DNA of 59,345 nt, filler included, from Sphacelaria rigidula (taxonomy: Eukaryota), in NCBI GenBank assembly GCA_964200075.2. It is 9 parts of 9 records of this genome, joined end to end, with 100 filler letters (N's around TTAATTAATTAA, not from the genome) between each part and the next. Parts side by side here need not be neighbours in the genome. Positions count along the whole stretch, not along the records: positions 19,818 to 26,322 come from CAXNAA020019680.1; positions 26,423 to 32,927 come from CAXNAA020019681.1; 7 more parts are not named here. One strand, given 5' to 3'. Shown in pieces: positions 22,049 through 33,027 of the stretch. The notes beneath the pieces were generated by a model. The model made no database searches. It was not told the DNA's origin and saw nothing but the letters and a program-made list of their open reading frames with translations. The position numbers were made by a program, and so were the translations under genes. How positions within the stretch are numbered: the stretch's first letter is position 1; every line of letters begins with the position of its first letter.

Positions 22049-25000
22049 TGTTTGTTGCGAAATGATCTTATTCCCAGTCCTTTTCAAGTGAAAATAATGC
22101 CGGTTCACAACAAGGCCCCTGCGCGCAAACACCATGTTTCTCGGAGCTCTGTCTCCAACGGGTCAACTGGCAGGATATGTCTTCACCCTTCAACGTAGGC
22201 AATGCTGAGCAATGGTCAACAGAAGCATTCGCTGATGTTCGCGGGACCTGCATGCCTACCTCTCGAGAAACATTGAAAACCCAAGTTTATCACCCGGTGA
22301 TCCTCTTCCGAAACGATTCTGAAGGTGAAAGGGTTGATTCTTTTCGTCCCGGACCCTCCAGGTGGATAATGGGATGGCCACCGCGCATAACACGTCCGAA
22401 TAAACCCCGCCACAACGCCTACTCTGAGGCGTCGGAGAAACTTGTGCGTAGACCGGGGTATTGGAACGTTCCCCCGCTGTTTCAGCTGCGGCCGGTGTGT
22501 TAGTTTGTTTTTTGCGAATGGCATCATTTCGACTTGAAAATGACGGAAAATGATGCCGATTCACAAACACAACAGTTATCAACGAGTTCCGAAAGGGTTG
22601 AGGTCAAGGGTTTGTAACGCTGCTGCATACAGCCGAGTTGCACCCACTAGCAGTGGTTGTCTTACTCTACTACTGTCTGTGCTGCGACCACGCATCCCTC
22701 GCTTGGGTTATCTCAATCGAGGCAGTATCAAACCCGAAGTCCCCGGTATATTCAACTGTAAATTGCTGTAAAATGTACCGGGATCCTCGAGTTTGAGATA
22801 AATCTGATGCTGTTGCAAGGCCGCAACAACATTATTTGTCGGCCCATCAGTCGCGAGCGAGCTGGGCCAGCCCAGGAGTGGATCTTTATTTAGGTTGCAA
22901 GCCTACTACTCTCGCCACAATTTTAAAGGTTGGACTCAGTCCTTAGACCGCGGGAGGAGCATTGTTAATAAGGATGCGAATTGGGGGGATCGACGAAATT
23001 TTATCGACCATAGACAACTTACCCTCGTGTCGTTTTTTCGATGTGGATACACGTGATCAAACAATACATCATTAGAAGGAGAAAATCGTGCGTTCAAGCT
23101 TTTCAGGCGCCACATACACGTCCATACCCCTGACACGCACTGCAAGGTGACGTTCTTTCTTCTCGACTCTTATAATAGCGTCCACTGAAACCCTGCAAAA
23201 GAATAGTTTTTGCCGTCTGGTGTGCCAAGCGTGGGACGTCCCCGCAAAGCTAGGTCATCACAACATACACCGTGATTTGTAGCACACAACGCAAAAAATA
23301 GCGTTCGAATCGCACTCGTGGTCGACGAGATGGTCTCTGATTTGGCCGGCCGATCGATGTATTCTTCCCAACAAACCACCGAACCCGACAAGAGCAAATG
23401 AAGAAGAAACACGCATTTAACGGGAGGGTGGAGGCAAGAAGGGAGGAGAGTTCTGAGCCGGTAACCTTTTTTTGTTTGTGAAAGAAAGTAAGTCCGTGTG
23501 TAGTGCACTCCAAGAAGTTAGTAACAGAGAAGAAGCGTTGCTGCTTGTACACCCAGCCGCTATGGGGACCCAGGTTGGAGAGCGTGGTGTGTACTGAAGC
23601 AGACAACACGATGATGACTGTCTTGTGCGTTTTGTCTTTCGGTTATGCAGGGTCTACCTTTATCGCCATATGCGGCCTGCCGTCTGGACACCCCCTCTGC
23701 GCTGGCATGAAGTTTTGAAGTTTTGGTGTTGTGTTCGCATATACTGAATTCTGAATTGGCATGATTTGATTCGAAATATGAACTGGACCCAGATTGCCTA
23801 CCGTGGAGGCCCAAGCGTTCACTTCCATAGCTGGGGGCAGGACCAGTTGACACTCTTCAAAAGTTTCCTGTAATCTGGTCTATATGGTGATCCCCAAAGA
23901 TAATGGGAGCGATGGGAACGAACGCACGGAGGGAGAGAGAGGAGACAAGACTACAGAACTGGACTACATTCTACTATATTGTCCTACACGGTATTGCACT
24001 GTCTGTTGTGCCTTGTTGTCCGGCTTTGCCCATCTATATACAACCACCTTCAGAGCGAGTCATCTGTTGTGCGTTGTCATAATTTTGATTTGAAAAATGA
24101 ATGCAAGACCCAGGTGACCCACCGAAGAGGCTCACAAGTTCAACGCTTTTCAAAGGTTTCGTGTGATCGTGTGATCTGATCATTCATAGTGCTGATTGAA
24201 GAAGGGAAGGAAAGCAGCGCGGGGAGAGATGAGACAACACTGCACTGTACCTACTGTTATGGGCAGGAATGGAGGCCGATTGTGGGTACTATATTCATGG
24301 AAAGCGCAAGCTGAACGCTACATGCGTCAGAAGTGGTCCGTAATCCAACGAATCATATCAATGGAAAATACACGCGTCACCTACAAGTGACGATTTGGCT
24401 CATAAAAAATGAACTATATTTCTAGTACACTTATACAAGCCAGGAAGTGGTCGGTGTTGAGGTCATTTTGTTCCTCCGGAAAGCTCGCCCCACATCAGTA
24501 GATGAACAATCTTGTTACACTAGCTAATAGTGTCCTGTTCTGTCTGTACCGGTCGGGAAGCACACGCCCGCGAGCTGCCTCCCCACATTTATACTGTCAC
24601 TGCGAGATAACAAACAAAAGAGCACGAATAGCAGCTGTTGTGGCTGCTACACACCAACGTAACTGCAGTGAAACGCGTGCCTGATATGGTGCTAGAACGA
24701 GAAAGTACGGAAATTTGGAGATCATGAGCAGCAGCGTTGCGCATCCCGAAACTACTGAGAACGATGCTGATGATGTTGGCAATCAGGAGGTTCATGCTGT
24801 GCGGATTGGCTACGTGCTACATGTCCTACACACAGCTATGACTGCGGGATTGGAGAGTGAATTTGTCATGGGCCCCATAGGGTCAGGGCCATGGCATGAG
24901 TGGAAGGAATCCTATTTTGTCAGTCGCTTGGGCACGGTCTGATTCTCTCTCTCCAGATCAACATCTTCAACGTAATTTTTTCGCTATTTTCGATATGTAC

Positions 25001-26322
25001 GAATATGTGTACAGGCAGTCACTTGAAACATCATGGCTCTGCCGACCCAGGCATACACGGTGCGCAGTCTGAAATCAAGATCACTCTTCGCGCCTTGGCT
25101 TCTCCGCTGAAACCCTCAGACACAACAGCCGAAGTTCATGTGAAACCTCGCTCTCTGCAACTCAATACATGAAAGGTACTTACTGTTGAAAGGCGAAGTT
25201 GCCCTTCGTGCGCACCCGTACAGAACAAAGCAGCGGCACCTGGTGGCATGCCACAAAGTGAAATGCCATCCATGACACACTGCTCGCCACAAGAAAAAAA
25301 CACGCAGCCCCAAACGAAGTTTTTCAAACATCGGATAGTTTGCATCTCATTCTGATACTGTTAATATAATAGTACATACAAACAGTTACTAAATACACGA
25401 CCGCGGTCACCAGCAGATGTAACACACATACTCGTACTAAAATCGCTCTCGACGCCTTGGCTTCTGCACTGGAGCCCTGACATGAAGCAGCCGCCAGCTT
25501 TGTCCTTCTTCTGTCAACTCTCCCTCTGTAATTCGACACTTCAAAGGATACTCGCTGTTGAAAGGCGAATTTGCCCTTTGTGCACAGCCGCACAGAGCAA
25601 AGCAGCGCCTGGGGGCACGCAACCCAAGTGCATGTTGTCACAACTTGCGTACAGGAGGAAAAGTAGTATGCTGTGACGGTTTCTTAAACCGTCACAATGC
25701 GCATCATTCTTTTTTCGAATTTGCCATCTTCGAACTCGAAAGACGCTACTGATCCTCAACCCGAAAGTGCCGATCGCGGACCGCTTACAACTCGGCAACG
25801 AAGCGAGGGATTGGACTGCGGTTTCTTGCGTGCGCTTCTCACACACCCGAGCTATGTCGCAACGTTTAGTTGTGGCGTTTACGCGTGATGCTGACTCGTC
25901 AATGACCTAAATATACTAAAATAAGGTGTTTTCTGCTCTGAGAGGGATTTTTTCGCGACGCCAGCAAAATACTAATTGTTAATCCCCAGATCTTGTGTGT
26001 GTGCGGGGGGCTGTCATGTGCCGTGGGCCGGCTTGCTTCCTGTGTCGAGAACCGCGCGATCTCCAGTGCTACAGCCTTCCCATACTAAACCAACTGAAAA
26101 AGTGATGGAGTGTAAGTTCTGTTCGTGAGGGCCTCGGGACAGGTCCGACCACCTACTGACGTGTTCATTACAGTAGGGGGGCCTATATAGTGCGGGTTTT
26201 ATTGTGCGCCTAGGCCGGTATAGTACGGGTGAAATCGCTTGGCTCAATTTCGACCCCGATATAGTGCGCATGCCGCACAATAGAGGATAAGGTCTATATA
26301 GTGCGGATTTGGACCACCTCAC

Positions 26323-26422
26323 NNNNNNNNNNNNNNNNNNNNNNNNNNNNNNNNNNNNNNNNNNNNTTAATTAATTAANNNNNNNNNNNNNNNNNNNNNN
26401 NNNNNNNNNNNNNNNNNNNNNN
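26323..26422. other. Artificial contig linker
   Basis: N44-TTAATTAATTAA-N44. Confidence 0.98.
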
Positions 26423-26461
26423 CGCCGCGCGCCCCCCCCCCCGGGGGGGGCGGCGGGGAGG

Positions 26462-26504
<43 letters not shown>

Positions 26505-26759
26505 CTACGGTGTGGAAATGCGCAATACAACACGTTCGATTTCGTTGTGGAGGCTATACCGATTGTACAACGAACGGAGAATATGCTGACACATCGGAGG
26601 CAAACACTGCACATCCCCCAACACGAGTGCGGCCTTTACAGAATCGACACTGAGACAACCTCCATTGAACGGATGCATACCGCGACGCTGAACGCAGTAG
26701 CCCCCCTCCCGGCTCTTTCGTTCCCCCCCCAAACCCCACCCCTTCACTTCGATTTCCAG

Positions 26760-29700
26760 TCAGCACCGTCCAGGGAGAAATAGGAACAGCTTGGAAGCAT
26801 ACCTTGTTCCAACCTGCGTTCCTCACCGCAAAACCGTATCCTGTGGTCCACATAGCCATGACGATCTTCAGGGGCTCAAGTGAGGACGTGGAGTTCAACA
26901 GCGTACAACAATTTCACGAGTTGTACGGGAAAACGTTGCCCGAGCAGAATCATTTCGTGCCTGTTACGGCGGACGGGGCAGACTCAGCCCACGAACACGC
27001 CGAGAGGCGTTTTCACGATGCCATGAGCATGGCGTTTGACAAGTTAGAGTCGGCAACAACAGGTTTAAAGAAGGCAGCTGAGGACTGCAAGAAGGCGGAA
27101 ACGAAGAGGAAAAAGAGTCTGGCCGAGAGGGCGTTGGAGTCACGCGCGCGAGAAACGTATCAGGTTGTATGCAGCTTGCCAAACGCTTCACTCTTCGAAA
27201 CGCACATTGCGTCTGCATCGATGCCGCGCAATTCTGCCGCACGGTGTCTCGGGCGACTACATCTGTTGCATACCGCGTTCGTCTCACGCCGCCCTCGTGT
27301 GCACGGATTCCTGCTTGTGGCCTGCAGGCGAAACTTGATCTTGATAAGCGCGAGGCTGACGTGATCCGTTTGAAGGGCTTATATTTGGTGAGTAAGGGGC
27401 GAGCGCACCCGCTTTTATGTACGTAGTGCAACCTGATCCACTTGTGTAGACGGGGGCACGATGGCTGCAGGCAAATGCTATATAAGACGGCAGGGCTCCG
27501 ACCTTGAACAGCGGGGGGTGGAGAGAGCACAGGAAACAAATATTTCGAGGAGGATTGAAATAAGGCCTTGTCCACGATTGGATGGCAACATTTCGCTAAT
27601 ATTTTGCATCAAAACGCTCAGATATCTCAAAACAAATGTTGTACGGTGCGTTCGAGGGCGCTCGCTAACCCGAAATGAGTCCCTTGTTCTGCAACACCCG
27701 TTCCAAGGCGCGCCGTCTGGAATGTGATTTGACTTTGCGTCATCCACGTAAGTCTGGTGCGCCGTCGCTGTACTGTTCGAAATACTGCTGTGTCGTCGCT
27801 CATGTACTCACAGGAACCACGGAAGTCTGAAGAAGAGGCCATCGCCGCGGAGGAGAGGTTCACTGCCGCGCAGAAGGTAACATTCGCTGATCTGAAAAAT
27901 AGTAAACTGTTCTCGATCGTCGAGGCGTGCAACATGAACGCGCAAAGCGAACACAGCAGTGGCCTACGCCGTATTGATGTTTTTATGCCGTTTGATACTC
28001 ACGCCTCCCGTGCATGAATTGCCGCGTGCAGGAGGAACGTGTGGCAGACGTCGGGCGGAAGGCCGCAGCTGCGGAAGCACAGGAGATAGCCCGGGCGAGC
28101 CGACGGGTCGAAAATGCCGGGACGGAAGATGCCCAGCGATAGGCAGAAGAAAATGAAAAAGGGAAGGGTGGGAACCAGAACGGTGGTGGGGCCAACGGCG
28201 CAAAAGAGCAGGCAGGTCGGGGGGGAGGGGGAATGGGGGAACGCGCCGGCGAGCAGGGACTTCTTCCGGCGGGCGATGTCCAGGGCGCAGCCAGGGCAGA
28301 GGTGGACAAACGTGCGAAAGAACAACGGTTGCGTAGACTCTCTCTAGAAGCGGAGGCTAAGATCGACAGGGATTTCAATGCTGACCGCGAACGGCGTGCC
28401 CGTCGCAAGCTCAAGAGGAGGGCGAAGAAGTGTAAAGTACGAGCGCGCCGGAATGCAGAGAAGGTGGGCACCACTGGCTTGCCTGTGTGCCTGCGGGGAA
28501 ATGCTTGTGACAGCGCGTCGAGACTTGTAAATACCATCGAAATCTGCCTGTGAATACGAGCCACGCTACGATAGGGGGGGGGGGATTTTGGGCCGTTTTG
28601 ATCCACGAAATTCCACCTGAAACTGTCGTCGAAAGTGGCAACGGTTGTTCAAATCCGCTTAGTTTCGACAAATAGCACACGTTCATACTACTTGGCACCG
28701 CTCTCAACCAAGTAGAAGCGCACCGCGAGTGTGTTCAGCCGTCTGACGTACCCATCAGCCCATTTGTTCGTGGAAGCAAACACCCCCCCCCCCTCTCTCG
28801 TGGCATGTCTCATACAGTGTATGTTCCTGTCGAAATATTCGCCGGGCTGTCGCGAGAATTGGGCAGATTATTGGCACCAGGTTGTTGGTGGGGCACGTGC
28901 GGTCGATATTGTGCTGATTCGGCGGACATATATATGTTTTCACCCGACTTGACCGTACATGCTCTCATGTACTGCGGTGCCCGCTGTGTTAGGGGTCCCA
29001 GGATATACAAGTCGGCACCCGTCTTCACGACGGGTGGTGCAATAAAGAAAACCCTGGCTATGGGATGGTGATGGGCGTTAACTGGGATTCTTCAGGCCAG
29101 GTGGTGGCGAGTTACGAAGTCTTCTCGCGCGCGAGTGGGAAATTGCAGACGATGTTCCCGACGGCCGTGAGAAAGGATGCCGCGTACGCACAGCGTGTGG
29201 CGGCGTGGGGGGGGAGTACGGATGAGGACAGTGGCTGTGACGAACATAACACCGAAAGCGCGGAGAGAGGACGTTCTCGGCGGCTGCGAGGTGGCGATCG
29301 TGCCGACAGTGATTGGGAGGATGGAAGTTCGGATGAGGACGGCGACTCTCATGACGACAGTACGGAGATGATTGATGACGATCGTCCTCGGCAACTTCGA
29401 GAGAGCGGATGTTCCGACAGTGATGGGGAGGGCGGACGTTTCGATGACGACGGCGCCTCTCATGACGACAGCACGGACATCGGCGATGACGATCGTCCTC
29501 GACGACGGCGAGATAGGGAGCTTTCCGAGATTGTCGGGGAGGGCGGAGGTTTCGATGACGGCAGCAGTTCGCAGGACGACAGCATGGAAATCATTGAAGG
29601 AGACTGTTCGCCGTGGCGGCGAGATAGCGAGCGTGTCGACAGTGATATAGAGAGTGGGAGTTCCGCAGAGGATAGTGGCTCTCATGAGGCAACACGGGCG

Positions 29701-31039
29701 TCACGGAGCAAGACCGTTCTCGGCGGCGGCGAGGTGATGAGCATTCCGCCGGTGATAGAGACGCTGGAAGGTCGGAGCAGGATTGTACATACCGTGACCA
29801 CTGCACCCACCTCCCACAAGAAGTCCGTTCTCGGCGGCGGCGGGAATGCGAGCCTTCCGCCGATGATGGGGCTAACGGAAGTTCGGAGCTGCACGGCGGC
29901 TCCCACCACCACAGCAGCGATTGTGGACAAAACGATCGTGGTGGCTCCGAGGAATTCAGCGAGGCGGATGATCGATGTTCCAGAACGACGAGCCAATATC
30001 TGCATGGCTGCAGGGACGGGCAAAAGGTGCGGACAAAAGAGCGTACTGGTCCATTGATTGATAGAACTATGCCGACAGTGCGCGCGCGTCCTGGGAGTGT
30101 CAATGGTACTCTCACTCGTTTCTGCGTGTTCTCCCGCCGGACAGGGAGCTTTCCCAGGGTATACTGCAGACACAGGGGGCCAAGAAAACAACGGGAGCAA
30201 CGCAGGCGCGGCGCCGGTTGCGAGGATTGGTCGTGCATTCACCGTCACAGGTTCCCCCGAAGACACTTGGGGCTCTGTCTTCGACGAGCTCGTGCGCGAT
30301 TTCCGCCAGGCGGGTCATGAGACGCTGCGGGTGCGACGGGTGGTAAAGGTGGGTGCTATGCAGCAACGAGCAGGTGACATGACAACCACATGAACACACG
30401 GGGCACACTGTCAGGAGCGATCGGCGCTGGGCACATCGCCTCTTCGCGCGGAATAAAAGAAGAGGAGACCTCATGCAATGAAGACATGACAACATCAGCG
30501 AATCCCGCCCGATCGCAAACACGGGTATCCATCATCTTGCAGACGGCGGACGGGTTGAGGTACACTTACTGCAAGATCGAGTGCGAGCATTCGGGGCAAC
30601 CTCGGATAAAGGATCAGATGAAGCCAGGTGGCTACCGTCGAGCCGTCAATCCATCAAAAAAGGTCAGTGAACACTGCGTCGGCAACCTGGCGTATGTCGG
30701 TAGAACATACGACAGACTCACCACGCGATGTTGGAGGCCGATGTTCCCACTTTTTCTGCGCAACGTTCTTTTGTCGTGCCCCCATAGCACACGTGTGTTG
30801 GTGCTCACCATCCCACACCGTGAGCACGACAGGATGCCTGTCGGCAACTTTGTGCTCAAAGGACGCCTCAAATCGTGACCTCCTGGACAGGTGGGATGTC
30901 CATTTCTTGTCAGCATCACCTGGGCTCTTCGGGATGATGCGCCACACGTCACCGTGGTGAGTGCTGTGGTACGAACCCAGTCGCCAAAAACTAGATATTT
31001 CTTCTGCGTTTCGGGCGCGGCAAGTTTTTTTGCACTAAG
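26760..31039 (+). pseudogene. Multi-exon disrupted gene: C-terminal half of a vertnin-like OTU domain, coiled coil, acidic repeats, FAR1/ZSWIM3-like (Mutator-type) zinc finger
   Basis: Inferred exons 26760-27387, 27814-30026, 30145-30662, ~30829-31039 with GT/AG ends (last acceptor apparently mutated). Motifs VHIAMT...NHFVPV and YCKIECEHSGQPR...SKK|TGC...WDVHF. Several frameshifts and stops. Confidence 0.6.
29270..29930 (+). repeat. 111-bp degenerate tandem repeat (37-aa acidic/Arg-rich unit), ~6 copies
   Basis: Register positions 29305, 29416, 29527, 29638, then 29710 and 29821. Confidence 0.8.
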
Positions 31040-31284
31040 GTAAGTGGGACCAGCGCTGTGAGAGAGGGAACGCACGTTTGGGATTGAATGAGGTTGCGTG
31101 TTTGAGTCAATTCTTTAACGCTTGCAAACCATACCGTAATGACATCATGACATCATGTACTGTTGTTGTCCGTCTCCTCGGAGCTGGTATCCGAAAGGCG
31201 ATCCCCATCGTCACAAAAATAATCGCTGAAATCGCACCAACTGTGTTCGCACCCGCTTTTCACCAAAGTGCAACACCAACTTAC

Positions 31285-31943
31285 TTGGATTGAACACCCT
31301 CAGCGGACCTCCTACGACAGTGGCCATGATGGGGAATGCGAACTGCTGCGTGAAAACCCCCGGCGCAGACATATGCCACAGCTGCCGGACGAACATTAAC
31401 CGTGCGGTGTCCCTCGAGTCGAGAGATAACCCGTCGTCCAGTCCGGGAGACACGGTCCCCCCGGAGGTTGCCAGATCTTCCCTCACTTCCGTGGTGTAGC
31501 AGGGCCAGGCTCCATAAAAATCATATTGATCACCGAGGAACAACTCCATGTACTTGATCCCCGTGATCACGGTGGCCAGTCTCAGCTTTCTGGCCAGCCA
31601 CAATATGGCCTTCCGACGGTCGCCCCTCCTACTTTTCGCGATGATCAGCGTCGCGTTGGCTTTCATGAAACAGTCCCCGTTCCCAATGCACTGGAAAGCG
31701 ATGCCAACCCCACCACCATCTTCGGGGTTCGCTCCTTTCAAAAGGGCCTCCGTTACTCTGTCGACGTCGACTCCCTTCTTCAGGAGGTCCTCCTTGACCT
31801 TAGCGGCATGCATCCGAGGAGGCACACGACGGAGGGCCGAAGGGTGAGATTGTGTCTCTCTCTGAAAACAGATCTTCAACGCGTCACACCTCTTGATGGC
31901 GTCTCGGGTGGATCTCGATATCGATGACCCTGTTCCCCATCCG
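31285..31943 (-). pseudogene. Exon encoding the N-terminal half of a vertnin-like OTU cysteine protease domain
   Basis: AFQCIGNGDCFMKA...LARKLRLATV...MSAPGVF...IMATVVGGPLRVFNP; TTGAAG acceptor and GTAAGT donor; lies in the frame of ORF 31211-31879. Confidence 0.65.
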
Positions 31944-32927
31944 CTTCAAACAAAGTACAGTTCCAACACTATGCCATAGTCGATTTGATGTCCCAGTAGA
32001 TATCAACGTCTATTGCCAGTTTCACATGCGGCTAGTTGACTATCCTCCAAATCCCTCGATACGGCATTCACCGTTCCAAAGGGGAGAGAAGCTCGTTTCA
32101 TCCCTGTGGAGGGTGGGTAGTATCCTCCTGCCCAGGGGTTGAACACCGGTAGAGAAACAGCCCACAGCTGGTCGCTCTAGAGGGAGGGAGACGGACACAG
32201 CACAACATGAAATCCTCTCAGAGGTCACTCGTCCTCTAGTAGCGGTGTTTTATTTCTCTGAAGAGGTATGAACTTTCGTGCGGAGGGATTTCCGGGGGTA
32301 GTCAAATGGCGGCGTGCGTTTACCGAGGAAGCCGCTTGCGTGGGGGCCTGGTTGAATCACGGTGATTGTGGAGGCGGTATGTTCTTACTCTGAGGTGCAG
32401 TGCATTCTTGCAGGTTCTCAACTGCCAATAGGCCTGCGCTCCTTCTTCGATCGCAGAACAAGCAGAAAAAGGAGAATACCGTTTCTTTGCGCAGAAAAAC
32501 CGCCGTGCAAAAGAGGAGCAAGAGGACAACAATAAGTAGCACTTTTTTTTTAATTGAGCAGATGCCATCGCAGAAAAAAAAGCATCATGTTTTCTTTGCG
32601 CCGAAAAAGGGCCGTGATAAGAAATTGCATGAAAAACAAATTATCTCGCTGATTTGTGGAGATACAGCAGACGTTTCACGTCAACAGTTAAGCCAGACTG
32701 GTACCTTGGGGATCCCCGATCAAAAGTCAAGTAAAAACAGGGCTCCCCACGTGGTCCCCCACCGTTTTACTAGCCTAGCTGAACTTTTCCTCCTTTTTGG
32801 TATTGTCTCAACCATTGGCGGGTCATTTTTTGTGCAAACGCAGGGGCGGAAAAGGGGGGAGGGGGGTGCAGAAAACAGAGAATAGTGCACGAAAAGCGCA
32901 GAAGAGCCAGAAAACAGGAAAAAAATT

Positions 32928-33027
32928 NNNNNNNNNNNNNNNNNNNNNNNNNNNNNNNNNNNNNNNNNNNNTTAATTAATTAANNNNNNNNNNNNNNNNN
33001 NNNNNNNNNNNNNNNNNNNNNNNNNNN
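32928..33027. other. Artificial contig linker
   Basis: N44-TTAATTAATTAA-N44. Confidence 0.98.

Noticed and set aside
26423..26505. Long poly-G tract as a G-quadruplex element or inversion signal
   Set aside because: At a contig edge where base calls are unreliable; similar low-quality tracts flank the N10 gap at 5213-5222.
29591..30266. Minus-strand ORFs of 194-215 aa (also 26964-27575, 27983-28606 and 50219-51019)
   Set aside because: Antisense shadows of plus-strand coding or LINE sequence; no recognisable motifs.
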